A stretch of DNA of 64,000 bases from Amphritea sp. (GCA_036960915.1 JBALVQ010000011.1:6514-70513); one strand, 5' to 3'; positions 30,319 to 40,807 are shown, counted from the stretch's first letter. Program-made: numbers and translations. The notes: a model not told the origin generated them from the sequence alone.

Positions 30319-30603
30319 TCAGTGAGCTGCAAGCTCACTAAACAAAGCCGGATTTTCCTGTATCGCTGCCAGAACCTTAGCAGCAAGACCTGTTGGATTT
30401 CGGCGTTTACTCTCCCAGCTCTTGATTGTATCAACGCTGGTTCCCAAAGCGTCAGCAAACTCCAGCTGAGACACATTGAGCTGGTCGCGGATAACTTTGA
30501 CATCAGCCATCTCATAGCGAGTTACGCGCGCGGCTTCCTTGCGTCCTTGTTTAATCTCAACAGCCTCCTGTAGAGAAGCTTTAAGCTCGTTACTAATACT
30601 CAT
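30319..30603 (-). CDS. XRE-HTH antitoxin (HigA-2-like)
   Basis: IRDQLNVSQLEFA..SWESKRRNPTG.A..LL; directly downstream of RelE-like gene. Confidence 0.85.
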   Translation of the reverse strand: MSISNELKASLQEAVEIKQGRKEAARVTRYEMADVKVIRDQLNVSQLEFADALGTSVDTIKSWESKRRNPTGLAAKVLAAIQENPALFSELAAH

Positions 30604-30604
30604 T

Positions 30605-30937
30605 TTAAGCCTCGCCATTCAGCAATTTGGTTAATTTCTTTAAATCTGTTTTTTCCGCATTGGTAAGGCTATCTTTCACGCTCTTTGGATAAGCCAACAC
30701 CAAGTAAATTATCTCATCGGTAGCCAGAAAATAAATCACACGTACACTTCCGCTTTTACCCTGGCTGCCGATAGCCATCCTGACTTTGCGAAGACCTCCC
30801 GTACCCTTAATTACATCGCCCTTTTCAGGCTGAGCAATAAGTTAAACTTGCAGATCTTTTAATTCGTCGTCGGTTGCGATTTCCTTGATTTGCTTTGTGA
30901 AGACTGAAGTCTCGATGAACTCAATTGCATGACTCAC
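30605..30937 (-). pseudogene. RelE/HigB-2-like toxin with an in-frame nonsense codon
   Basis: MSHAIEFIETSVFTKQ...DLQV*LIAQPEKGDVIKGTGGLRKVR..GKSGSVRVIYF..LAYPKS; TAA at 30842-30844. Confidence 0.88.
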
Positions 30938-31400
30938 CCGATGCTAACTCCTTGCATTACCAGCTCAGGTGTACAGTGTATCGGAATTTCGGTCAACCTG
31001 GATTGATCTTATTCAGAGCGAAACCAAGTAGGTAGGTTTGGTTCGCCAAGCCTACCATTGCGTCCGCTTTTCGTTGTGGTTTCAATGAATCGTCGCAACA
31101 CACTCTTTGAATCTAGCTGCACAAAGTAGACAAAGAGACCTATAGCCCCAGTTTGAGTTAATAGCCCTGAATTACATCCGTAAAACAGTTGTTAACTCAA
31201 ACCCTCCTGGCGCTTTAGCTGGGCAATCTCCTTGCAGAAAGCATGATCAACAGGGAAAGATAAGGCCATAAAAGTGGGCCTTAGTTTTTCATGATAATGG
31301 ATCTCTTATTCAATCCAAAAAACACTTACTCTGGCTATATCAATCAAATCCCGGCAACTGAGTCCCTGACTCAATGGACTGTATGGAGAAAGTTACCACC

Positions 31401-32120
31401 ATGGATAATCAACAAACCAGCTCAAACCAACCGATAGGTTTTGCGGTTGATGGTTGGCAGGCACGTCCCTACCCGCCACGCACATCAATGCAAGGTCACT
31501 ATTGCGAGCTGCAGCCTCTGAATTTCGAAGAGCATGCAGCCGATCTGTACGACGCCTTTAGAAAGGATACGGATCACCGCAATTGGACTTACCTGCCCTA
31601 TGGGCCATTCGACGATTTTGAAAGTTTTGCAGATTGGCTAAAACAGAGTAGCCAAACTGAAGACCCGTTGTTCTTTGCCATTCTTGAGACAAAAACAGGT
31701 GATGCCGAAATAGCCAAGGCTGTTGGGATTGCAAGCTATTTACGTATCGACCCGGCGGTGGGGGTTATTGAGGTAGGCCATATCCATTACTCACCCCTGC
31801 TGCAAAAAACGCCAGTAGCAACCGAAGCGATGTACCTGATGATGAAGCGCGTGTTCGATGAGCTGGGGTACCGTCGCTACGAATGGAAATGCGATGCGTT
31901 AAATGAAGGTTCAGTCAAGGCAGCCGGTCGGTTGGGATTTGAATTCGAAGGCATCTTCCGCCAAGCCACCCTGTACAAAGGGCGCAATAGAGATACCGCC
32001 TGGTTTTCGATTATTGATAAAGAGTGGCCCGACTTGAAATTAGCTTTCGAGCACTGGCTTAAACCTGCGAACTTTGATGCTGGAGGTCAGCAGGTGCAGC
32101 GCCTCAAGGTGAGCCGCTAA
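31401..32120 (+). CDS. GNAT acetyltransferase (RimJ/RimL type)
   Basis: WTYLPYGPF, IEVGHI, GYRRYEWKCDALN..S, GRNRDTAWFS. Confidence 0.9.
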   Translation: MDNQQTSSNQPIGFAVDGWQARPYPPRTSMQGHYCELQPLNFEEHAADLYDAFRKDTDHRNWTYLPYGPFDDFESFADWLKQSSQTEDPLFFAILETKTGDAEIAKAVGIASYLRIDPAVGVIEVGHIHYSPLLQKTPVATEAMYLMMKRVFDELGYRRYEWKCDALNEGSVKAAGRLGFEFEGIFRQATLYKGRNRDTAWFSIIDKEWPDLKLAFEHWLKPANFDAGGQQVQRLKVSR

Positions 32121-32155
32121 ACTGAATCAATATCACTACCCGAGACTGATTAAAA

Positions 32156-32605
32156 ATGAGTATTACAGTATCTGAGCTATGCCCGGTGGATAGAATGCAA
32201 TGGGAAACACTCTATTGCGGATACGCCGATTTTTATAACATGCCCATGCAGCAGACAACCCTGGATACCGTCTGGTCGTGGATTTTTGATGACAACAACA
32301 AGTTTTTTGCTCTAATAGCAAAAACAGAAAACGGCGATGCGGTAGGCCTTATGCATTACCGGGAAATGCCCTCTCCACTAAGGGGCGCAACCGTAGGTTT
32401 TCTCGATGATCTGTATGTAATTCCCGAGAGTCGAGGGCTTGGTGTCGTTGATGCGCTCTTTAAGGCACTGAATGAATCGGCACAGGACAAAGACTGGCCC
32501 TTTGTGCGTTGGATAACAGCAGACAACAACTACAGAGGCCGCGCCGTGTACGATAAGCTTGCTGATAAAACCCATTGGGTGACCTATCAGATGCCCGTCG
32601 AATAA
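32156..32605 (+). CDS. GNAT acetyltransferase
   Basis: LDDLYV.PESRGLG, WITADNN.R..YDK. Confidence 0.9.
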   Translation: MSITVSELCPVDRMQWETLYCGYADFYNMPMQQTTLDTVWSWIFDDNNKFFALIAKTENGDAVGLMHYREMPSPLRGATVGFLDDLYVIPESRGLGVVDALFKALNESAQDKDWPFVRWITADNNYRGRAVYDKLADKTHWVTYQMPVE

Positions 32606-32609
32606 TTCA

Positions 32610-32645
32610 AAGCCCTCAGCTGTTGTGAACAACAGCTGAGGGCTT
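32610..32645. terminator. Perfect 16-bp stem hairpin between convergent genes
   Basis: AAGCCCTCAGCTGTTG-tgaa-CAACAGCTGAGGGCTT. Confidence 0.75.
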
Positions 32646-32673
32646 GAGTCAGCATTGACGGTTTACCCCGACG

Positions 32674-33963
32674 TTACCCCAGGAAAAGTTCCGGCAGGAA
32701 CAACGACACCTGCGGCACATACGTTGTGACAATCAGCGTGGGAATCCAGGCAAACAGAATCATGATCAATGTCGGTTTAAGCATGGCACGCACCGGTACT
32801 TCAGTAACCCGCGAGCCCAGATACAGCAGTGGCGCGGTTGGCGGAGTGATGTTGCCCATACCCAGATTCACCCCGACAATTGCAGCAAACTGAATCGGGT
32901 CGACCCCCAGTTCGATAACGATTGGGAACAGCAACGGCGAAGCAAGTAATACGCCGCTGACATCATCCATCAGCATGCCGATCAGGATCATCACCACGTT
33001 GATCATAATCAGCACCACTATCGGATTATCAGACACAGAGAAAATCAATTCCTTAGCCAGGTCTGGAATATCTTCAAAGATAAACAGGCGACTAACGATC
33101 ATCACCATAAAGAACATCACCATCACCACGCCGGTGGTCGTAGCCGATTGCACCAGCGCTGCTTTGAAGTTGCTTATATTCAACCCTTTGTAAATAAAGA
33201 AGCCGACAGGAATAGCATATACCACGGCGATACCCGCCGCTTCAGTCGGTGTCATGATGCCACCGTAGATACCGCCCAGAATCATGAATGGCATCAACAG
33301 AGCGGGGAACGCAAAGCGTGTTTTCTTGACCACATCGCCGACAAAATCATCAGACTTTGGCAGCACTTTAATATCCTTGTGCTTGCGTAGCATCACATAA
33401 TTCACGATGCATAACAGAACCACCAGGATGATGCCCGGAACAATAGTAGCCAGGAAGCATTTAAGCACCGATTGGCGTGTCACCCAGGCGTAGATAATCT
33501 GAATCGCACTGGGCGGAATCAGAAGCCCCAACGGCGCGGCATTGGTAATCAGCGCGGCAGATAAGCCTTCCGGGTAGTTAGCTTTGCGCAGTTGCGGCAT
33601 CATGATGCTGCCAATGCAGGTCAATGTGGCGGTGGCGCTACCAGCGATAGAGCCAAAAACTGCGCTGGCACCAACAGCGGTATAAGCCATACCGCCTTTA
33701 AAACGGCCGACAAACAGTTCGGCGAGTTCAACCAGAGGCTGCGCGATCTTGCCGCGCTCCATAATTGTCCCCGCGATGATAAACAGTGGAATGGCCAGCA
33801 GAACCAGCACGTTCATGCGCCAATGGCCGGAGGTTAAAAAACCTGCCGGATCATGATCACCGGTCAACGACATATAGATAAGCGCGAGGCCGAAGGCGAA
33901 CGGTACCGGAATACCGGCCACCAGCGCTACGCAGATCACCAGAAGTGTCAGCAGAATTAACAT
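32674..33963 (-). CDS. dctM: TRAP transporter large permease
   Basis: LLAIPLF, LIPPS, GIMTPTEA, ITPP. Confidence 0.93.
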   Translation of the reverse strand: MLILLTLLVICVALVAGIPVPFAFGLALIYMSLTGDHDPAGFLTSGHWRMNVLVLLAIPLFIIAGTIMERGKIAQPLVELAELFVGRFKGGMAYTAVGASAVFGSIAGSATATLTCIGSIMMPQLRKANYPEGLSAALITNAAPLGLLIPPSAIQIIYAWVTRQSVLKCFLATIVPGIILVVLLCIVNYVMLRKHKDIKVLPKSDDFVGDVVKKTRFAFPALLMPFMILGGIYGGIMTPTEAAGIAVVYAIPVGFFIYKGLNISNFKAALVQSATTTGVVMVMFFMVMIVSRLFIFEDIPDLAKELIFSVSDNPIVVLIMINVVMILIGMLMDDVSGVLLASPLLFPIVIELGVDPIQFAAIVGVNLGMGNITPPTAPLLYLGSRVTEVPVRAMLKPTLIMILFAWIPTLIVTTYVPQVSLFLPELFLG

Positions 33964-34039
33964 AATATATTTCCGTCAGTGTAATGCTTAGAAACAGCGG
34001 CTATAGACTGTGCTTACAAACAATGTCTATAAATGCGCC

Positions 34040-34588
34040 CTAAAGATGAGGCGGGGCTTCGTCAGATTCCCATTCCGGCGTCGGCCCATCGCGTAAGCCG
34101 CTGTACAGATGCAACGTGGTATAGAAGGTCATCAGAACAAAACCGAGGAAGATTCCAAGTTTGGGAAGAACGAACGGCAACTGCAACCCGGTGGTGGTCT
34201 GCCAGTTGGGGTAGGCATCAATCTCTTCGAACAACATCAACCAGCCCCAGTAGGTCAGTACGACACCTATCAGTATTTCAATCAGCAGGGTGACATTAAT
34301 CACGATCCATTTGGTGCGCACGCTATCGATCAGCGAGAGCAGAAAGTCTGCTTTAACATGGGTGTTTTCATAACTGCCCATCGCAGCGCCAAGAAAATAA
34401 ACCCAGAATGCGATTATCAGTACCCACTCTTCATAGGCAAAAAGATCTGCCTGAAACAGATAGCGCAAAATAACCACGAAGAAAAAAACAAAGGCCAGAA
34501 TAAGGCTAAACGTTGCCAGCACATATTCTTTGGTTCTGAGAAGAAAATTTACCAGTTTACCGAGCGGCTTAGGTATATTTAAATGCAT
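34040..34588 (-). CDS. dctQ: TRAP transporter small permease
   Basis: 4 TM segments, VILRY, EE..., HVKAD; lies between dctP and dctM. Confidence 0.88.
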   Translation of the reverse strand: MHLNIPKPLGKLVNFLLRTKEYVLATFSLILAFVFFFVVILRYLFQADLFAYEEWVLIIAFWVYFLGAAMGSYENTHVKADFLLSLIDSVRTKWIVINVTLLIEILIGVVLTYWGWLMLFEEIDAYPNWQTTTGLQLPFVLPKLGIFLGFVLMTFYTTLHLYSGLRDGPTPEWESDEAPPHL

Positions 34589-34767
34589 ACGCCTTCTCTC
34601 TTTTTATTATAATTGATAGACATAAAACGTAATTCTTATATTCGACGTTTCAATATGGTGATATCAATTCAGAAAATAGTGGAACTCTTCATATAGAAAT
34701 GAAGAGTTCCACTAGTGCCAGGTACTTATTCAGAGATGCTTACTCCGAAGTCCTTACTAAGAGTTCC

Positions 34768-35775
34768 TTAAAGATCGGCGACAATCTTGTCCAGAATGTC
34801 TTTACCCAGACGCTCTTCCAGTTTTGGCCAGGTTACCGAACGAATCTCAGTGGCAATGGTGTTACGTTCAGTATCGGTCAGCGGCAGAATCTTCACACCG
34901 AACTCTTCCAGCTTCTTCAAATTAGCCGCATCATTTTCACGGCTCCAGTCGACAAAGGTTGCTGCGGCTTTGGCGAACACCTCTTGCACAACCTTGCGCT
35001 GTTCTGCGTTAAGCTTCTTTTCCCAGGTTTTCTTACTGGCGTAGTAAGCGGTATTTTCAACAAACGCGTTGTAAGGCACGTAGTGATTGATAGCCTCTTT
35101 GAATGTGGTGTAAGTGGCCTCCGGCGTTGCGCCGATCATGCCATCAACCACACCCTGTTGAATTGCCGGGAATGCATCACCCCAGTCGATCGTAGTGGTG
35201 TTGTATCCCATATCGTGAGTTGCCAGTTTAGCGGCCTGAGCACTCCATACGCGGACATTCTGACCTTTAGCGCCGGTGGTACGGTAATTTTCAGGTTCGG
35301 AAGAAGACATCACACCAATGAAGCCTTCACCGGTAATACCCAGCAATTTCAAGCCCAGGTTATCCATGCGCTGATCAAAGATAGTGTAGAAATTTGATCC
35401 CGGGCTGAAGACTTTTTCCATCTGATCATAGCTGGAAACCAGATAAGGCAACGAGTTAATCTCCAGAATCGGATCTTTATGGCTATACACAAAGGCGTGT
35501 ACGATATCGATACTGCCACGCACCGCTTCGCCCATTAATTGCTCACCGGAACCCAGCTGGCTGGCCATATAGAGTTTGATTTTCAGATCAACACCGGCAC
35601 CCTCCAGATCTTTTTTCACCTGTTGCATCACTTCCGATGCATACTGATCAGGAGCATGAGTGGTGGCAATACGCAGGGTGGTAGCGGCCGGTACTGAAGT
35701 TGACAAAACGGCACCCAGCATCAGGGTAGACGCTGCAATAGTTTTCAGGCTAAACCGGTTACGAATATCTTTCAT
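34768..35775 (-). CDS. dctP: TRAP substrate-binding protein
   Basis: Signal peptide, SQLGS, LPYL, NVRV, AIQQGVVDG. Confidence 0.9.
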   Translation of the reverse strand: MKDIRNRFSLKTIAASTLMLGAVLSTSVPAATTLRIATTHAPDQYASEVMQQVKKDLEGAGVDLKIKLYMASQLGSGEQLMGEAVRGSIDIVHAFVYSHKDPILEINSLPYLVSSYDQMEKVFSPGSNFYTIFDQRMDNLGLKLLGITGEGFIGVMSSSEPENYRTTGAKGQNVRVWSAQAAKLATHDMGYNTTTIDWGDAFPAIQQGVVDGMIGATPEATYTTFKEAINHYVPYNAFVENTAYYASKKTWEKKLNAEQRKVVQEVFAKAAATFVDWSRENDAANLKKLEEFGVKILPLTDTERNTIATEIRSVTWPKLEERLGKDILDKIVADL

Positions 35776-36248
35776 GTTTTACTCCGCGGCTTCCGTTTGG
35801 AAGGTTGTTTTTATATTTCGCGACATATTTCTACGACATGTATTGAATATACCCTTACGACTTACTGATTAAATATCTGACAGACAGACATCTAAAACGC
35901 ATTAATCATAAGAACGATTTATTTTATACATCTAATAAAAATAGGAAGCCAGCCAGCGAAATAAACACAAAAACCATAAAAAATAATAACCGAAACACCG
36001 CTTGTAAACACAGCATTACAAATCAAACAAAAACAGTGACGCCAAGCAATTTAATTAATATTTAAGTGACACAAAAAACACAAATGTAATCAATAAAAAT
36101 TATGTATGTGAAATTATTACCTGATCTGTTTACATTTTTTTACAGAGTTTTACACTACTTTCTAAGTTCAAGTCACTTTCAGTGGCTAGACTATTAATAT
36201 GCTGCTATAACAGTCGCCATTATAAGAATCGTCCCCTGAGGTTGCTCG

Positions 36249-37295
36249 ATGAATGAGTCCAAAGAAAAACGCCACTTCAGCACCCTGATGCGCGATGCCA
36301 ACAGTGCCTTCCTGCCGACACAGGAAACACCAGACAAACCCTTGCGCGTTGGCTTTGTGCTGCTAGAGCATTTTTCAATGATGGCGTTTACTGCTGCAGT
36401 CGATGCGTTAGTCACAGCTAACCTGGTACGAACCGCGCCGTTGTTCAGCTTCACCACCTTCGGATTGAACTCACAGACGGTAAAAAGCGATCTGGGAATC
36501 GACATCTCCACCAACGGTGTAATCGATCACCTCAGGTTGGAAAGCGCGAACGAAATTGATGTTCTGATTGTATGCGGGGGTTTTCGTTGTTCGCTTTCAG
36601 AGCATAAGCCTTTAACCGCCAAGCTAAAAACGGCTGCCCAGTACAAAATGACTCTGGGAGGTATCTGGAACGGCGCCATCGCACTGGCCTATGCAGGCCT
36701 GCTGGATAATCAGAACTGTGCCCTGCATCCGGACAACCATGCCTTTATGCGGGAGAAGTTCAGCAAGGTAAGGGTCTCCGAGCAAGTACTCGTGATCGAA
36801 GAACAAAGAATCAGTTGTGCGGGACCGGTCAGTGCACTGGAGATGATGCTCAAGCTGATAGAAGATGTTAATGGTAAACAAATTACCCGGGCTATTCGTG
36901 AGATCCTGAGCAGTGATCAGGTTTCCGAGAGTGGCGAAGACAAGCTAATCCAGGTAAGCGATGATCCCAGCTTACCGGAAACCCTGCGTGATCTGATGCA
37001 GCTTATGGGTTCCAATATAGAAGACCCACTCAGCGTCGACGAACTTGCCTCCTGTATAGGTATCTCTCGACGCCAGATCGAACGCCTGTTCCAGAATCAT
37101 CTCGAAACCTCACCGGGGCGCTATTACCTTGAGTTGCGTATCACCCATGCCCGTCGGCTGTTGCTACAAAGCCACGACTCCATCACCAATATCGCCCTGG
37201 CCTGCGGCTTTGTCAGCACCAGCCACTTCAGCAACTGTTACAAGGATTACTTCGGTGTCTCGCCAACCCTGGCAAGAGAAAAGCACCGCGGCTAA
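36249..37295 (+). CDS. GlxA-family AraC regulator (ArgR/GbdR-like)
   Basis: DJ-1-like N-domain (FSMMAF...AN) plus AraC HTH SRRQIERLF, CGFVSTSHFS. Confidence 0.92.
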   Translation: MNESKEKRHFSTLMRDANSAFLPTQETPDKPLRVGFVLLEHFSMMAFTAAVDALVTANLVRTAPLFSFTTFGLNSQTVKSDLGIDISTNGVIDHLRLESANEIDVLIVCGGFRCSLSEHKPLTAKLKTAAQYKMTLGGIWNGAIALAYAGLLDNQNCALHPDNHAFMREKFSKVRVSEQVLVIEEQRISCAGPVSALEMMLKLIEDVNGKQITRAIREILSSDQVSESGEDKLIQVSDDPSLPETLRDLMQLMGSNIEDPLSVDELASCIGISRRQIERLFQNHLETSPGRYYLELRITHARRLLLQSHDSITNIALACGFVSTSHFSNCYKDYFGVSPTLAREKHRG

Positions 37296-37325
37296 GCCTA
37301 AGCCTGTGTAAATTAGCAGAAAATT

Positions 37326-38366
37326 CTATAGCCACGAATCCAGCTGCTCGCGATAAGGCTGAATATCACCGATATGCTCTGCCACCCAGGTTTCGTCATA
37401 GTAGGTATCCAGATATCGCTCGCCGCTGTCACACATCAGGGTCACGATCGATCCGGTTTGCTGCTCGCGCTGCATCTGCCGGGCTACCTGTATTGCGCCC
37501 CAAAGGTTAGTGCCAGTGGAAGCTCCAGCTTTTCTGCCGATCAGTTTTTCCAGCCAGTGGATCGTCGCCACACTGGCAGCATCGGGAACCTGCATCATCT
37601 GATCAATCACATCCGGCTGAAACGACGCCTCTACCTGGGGGCGACCAATACCTTCGATACGGCTACCAATGCCGGACTTAATACTACGGTCCCTGGTTAC
37701 AAAGCAGTCGTAGAACGTTGAATTTTCCGGATCGACCACCAGCAGTTGGGTGTTATAACCCTTATAACGGATATAGCGCCCCAGCGTTGCAGAAGTGCCT
37801 CCCGTACCGGCACTCATTACCAGCGTTGCTGGCACTGGATGAGGTTCATGTTCCATCTGCTTGAAGATGCTCTCGGCAATATTGTTATTGCCACGCCAGT
37901 CGGTTGCCCGCTCAGCATAAGTAAACTGATCCATGAAATAACCGTTGATCGATTTCTCCAGCTCGATGGCAGCACTGTTCATCTGTGTCGGGCAATCAAC
38001 AAAATGACAACGCCCACCGTACAACTCAATCTGCTTGATTTTGCTGCGTGCAGTACTATGTGGCATTACTGCAATAAATGGCAGGCCAATCATGCGGGCA
38101 AAATACGCCTCGGATACCGCAGTACTGCCAGAGGAGGCTTCGATAATTGTCGTATCCTGATGGATCTTGCCGTTACACAGGGCATACAAAAACAGTGAAC
38201 GCGCCAGACGATGCTTAAGGCTACCGGTTGGATGGGTGCTTTCATCCTTTAGATAAATATCGATTCCCTGCAAAGAGGGGATCTCAAGTTTGATCAGATG
38301 CGTATCTGCAGAACGCTGATAATCGGCTTCGATTTTATTGATTGATTCGGTGACCCAGCTATTCAT
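37326..38366 (-). CDS. cds1: PLP-dependent L-cysteine desulfhydrase Cds1-like
   Basis: LKDESTHPTGSLKHRLA, EASSGSTA, DQFTYAERATDWRGNNN, GTGGTS. Confidence 0.85.
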   Translation of the reverse strand: MNSWVTESINKIEADYQRSADTHLIKLEIPSLQGIDIYLKDESTHPTGSLKHRLARSLFLYALCNGKIHQDTTIIEASSGSTAVSEAYFARMIGLPFIAVMPHSTARSKIKQIELYGGRCHFVDCPTQMNSAAIELEKSINGYFMDQFTYAERATDWRGNNNIAESIFKQMEHEPHPVPATLVMSAGTGGTSATLGRYIRYKGYNTQLLVVDPENSTFYDCFVTRDRSIKSGIGSRIEGIGRPQVEASFQPDVIDQMMQVPDAASVATIHWLEKLIGRKAGASTGTNLWGAIQVARQMQREQQTGSIVTLMCDSGERYLDTYYDETWVAEHIGDIQPYREQLDSWL

Positions 38367-38505
38367 TGCCCTGCTCCATCAAACTTAATTAACAATGAAT
38401 TAATTGTATTCTCTGTCACGGAGAAAAACATTGCTTATTGTTTACCAATACCAGCCCGTAGTAGAATTATTTTCTATGGAAATCATCAAATAGGAATTAT
38501 TTTTT

Positions 38506-38961
38506 ATGGATAGCACAGATAAGAGAATCCTTAATCTCCTCCAGGAAGATTCTACCCTGTCACTGAGCGCTCTGGCTGAACAGGTAAACCTGTCCACCAC
38601 ACCTTGCTGGAAGCGGGTAAAACGCCTCGAGGATGAGGGGATCATCAAGGCGCGAGTGGCCCTGGTGGATGGATCAAAAGCACAACTGGGCGTATCGGTT
38701 TTTGTGCATATCAAGACCCAGCACCATGACAGCGAATGGCTGGAACATTTCGCTGCGACAGTGAACGCCTTTGATGAAGTCGTCGAGTGTTACCGCATGG
38801 CCGGCGAGTGGGATTACCTGCTGCGCGTCGTGGCCAAAGACATCGCATCTTTCGATCTGTTTTACAAAAAACTGGTCAATAAGGTGGGCGGACTGTCTGA
38901 TGTGACATCCAGCTTTTCGATGGAAGAGATTAAGTACACCACCAAATTGCCAATTCGCTAG
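38506..38961 (+). CDS. Lrp/AsnC regulator (DecR/YbaO-like)
   Basis: [39 protein letters not shown]; divergent from cds1. Confidence 0.9.
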   Translation: MDSTDKRILNLLQEDSTLSLSALAEQVNLSTTPCWKRVKRLEDEGIIKARVALVDGSKAQLGVSVFVHIKTQHHDSEWLEHFAATVNAFDEVVECYRMAGEWDYLLRVVAKDIASFDLFYKKLVNKVGGLSDVTSSFSMEEIKYTTKLPIR

Positions 38962-38993
38962 TGATCGTGAATTAAAGTCCGCTAACCACTTTC

Positions 38994-39290
38994 TCAGACA
39001 CGACCTTCATTGACACAGCATTCATCCTGCAAAAAACCGATCAGGTTTTCCAGCTGATCATACTGGGGCACGCAGTAAAGGGTTCTGCCTTCACGGCGCT
39101 GCTCGACAAGCCCTACTGAAACCAGGCGGGTTATATGATGGGACAAAGTCGACCCGGGTACCTCCAGCGCAGCCTGAATCTCGCCAACAGGCACCCCCTG
39201 CCTGCCCCCTTTCACCAGATACCTGAAAATCTGAAGACGGGTAACATGACCCAGTTCAGCCAAACGTTTAGCCGCGATGTCGATCTGCAT
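38994..39290 (-). CDS. ArsR/SmtB regulator with C-terminal Cys-Cys
   Basis: LGHVTRLQIFR.LV, STLSHH, FLQDECC. Confidence 0.9.
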   Translation of the reverse strand: MQIDIAAKRLAELGHVTRLQIFRYLVKGGRQGVPVGEIQAALEVPGSTLSHHITRLVSVGLVEQRREGRTLYCVPQYDQLENLIGFLQDECCVNEGRV

Positions 39291-39410
39291 TGTCAGTCCC
39301 TCAAAATCAATTCATTTCCATATTACTAGAAATATATTGACACAGGAAGCAGATGATCATTATTATGTTTCCATGAACTTAGAATTATAGAAATAAAGCG
39401 AGGTAAAATT

Positions 39411-40421
39411 ATGCCAAACGATGTTCTATCCATGTTCAAAGAAGCCTTGGATATGTTTATTTTCCTGGGTGTCGAGCTGACCGCTCTGTTTCTTCTTATC
39501 AGCTTTCTGGTTGGCGTGATTCAGGAGTATATTCCCGCCGGTAAAATCCAAGCAATCCTCAGCTCAAAAAGCGGTAAGGGATACTTTTCTGCTGCCATTT
39601 TGGGAGGGGTTACGCCGTTTTGCAGTTGCTCCACCATTCCTATGCTGACCGGGCTGCTGAAAGCCCGCGCAGGCTTCGGGCCGACCATCACGTTCCTGTT
39701 CACCTCTCCTCTGCTGAATCCGATCATCATCGGACTATTCCTGGCGACCTTCGGCCTCAAAGTCACTTTGGTATATGCGGCTATCGCGCTATTAGTTTCT
39801 ATATTCGCGGGTTTTCTGCTGGAGAAAATGAATTTTCAACGCTTCGTCCGCCCCGAGGTATTCGGTGACAAGCCGGTGTCCGGATGTGGTAGCAATCCAG
39901 AGCGGGCAACAGCCAGAAAATCCTCTTGTGCTAGCGCAGCTGATGACAATGAAAAGGAACTAATCGCTCCGGCCTGTGGTGATGGCACCGCCACCCTGAC
40001 AACGGTAAACGACAACCGCTGGCGCCGGATCTGGAGTGAAACCTGGAGCCAGTTCACCAAAGTACTACCTTATCTACTATTAGGCATCGCCATTGGCGCC
40101 TTCACCTATGGCTTTATGCCGGCTGATCTGATCGTCAAGTATGCAGGGCCTGATAACCCGTTGGCGATTCCTGTAGCTGCCATCATTGGAGTACCTCTTT
40201 ACATTCGGGCTGAAGCGGTAATCCCGCTATCAGCAGCCCTTGCAGCAAAAGGAATGGGGATGGGGGCCGTTATGGCGCTGATCATCGGCAGTGCCGGCGC
40301 CAGCCTGACCGAAGTCATACTGCTACGCTCAATGTTCAAAAACCCAATGATCATCGCGTTCCTGGCGGTTATTTTCTCCATGGCAATACTCGCAGGCTTG
40401 CTGTTTACGCTGTTTTTTTAA
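39411..40421 (+). CDS. ArsP-like permease (DUF318)
   Basis: TPFCSCSTIP, SPLLNP, GVPLY, GAGASL; divergent from arsR. Confidence 0.88.
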   Translation: MPNDVLSMFKEALDMFIFLGVELTALFLLISFLVGVIQEYIPAGKIQAILSSKSGKGYFSAAILGGVTPFCSCSTIPMLTGLLKARAGFGPTITFLFTSPLLNPIIIGLFLATFGLKVTLVYAAIALLVSIFAGFLLEKMNFQRFVRPEVFGDKPVSGCGSNPERATARKSSCASAADDNEKELIAPACGDGTATLTTVNDNRWRRIWSETWSQFTKVLPYLLLGIAIGAFTYGFMPADLIVKYAGPDNPLAIPVAAIIGVPLYIRAEAVIPLSAALAAKGMGMGAVMALIIGSAGASLTEVILLRSMFKNPMIIAFLAVIFSMAILAGLLFTLFF

Positions 40422-40544
40422 GCCACCTGCATAAAAATTGGTTTTACTTTTATACCCCTTAGAAGGATCAGCTCATCTAACCCACTCAAACTTACAATTT
40501 GCCCGCTCAATGAGCCAGATGAAAAAATCCGATAAACGAGTTCT

Positions 40545-40807
40545 GTGGGAGGCGCGCCCCGCGCCGATTGTTGAGCTATTCGCGGCGAGGCGCCGCTCCC
40601 ACCAGGTTTCGCAAATTGTCCGGCAGAAAAGCTCTTCACATCGTCGCTCCAGGACATCCATGTCCCCGCGACCCAGCTCTCGTAAAAGAGCGTACATCCT
40701 GTACAGAACCCTACTCCTGCGCATCCATACGCCCGTAGGATAAATGCGTCCTGTACATCGTCGCTCCAGGACATCCATGTCCCCGCGACATACCGTACAT
40801 CCTGTAC
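40545..40807. repeat. Composite repeat: GTGGGAG REP pair plus two GGACATCCATGTCC units
   Basis: 40545-40602 resembles 20400-20470; units at 40643 and 40760 match 1223-1270. Confidence 0.85.

Noticed and set aside
34699-35397. Long antisense ORFs (e.g. 232 aa here, 208 aa at 54111-54737, 215 aa at 59524-60171)
   Set aside because: Shadow frames opposite well-supported genes, with no motifs
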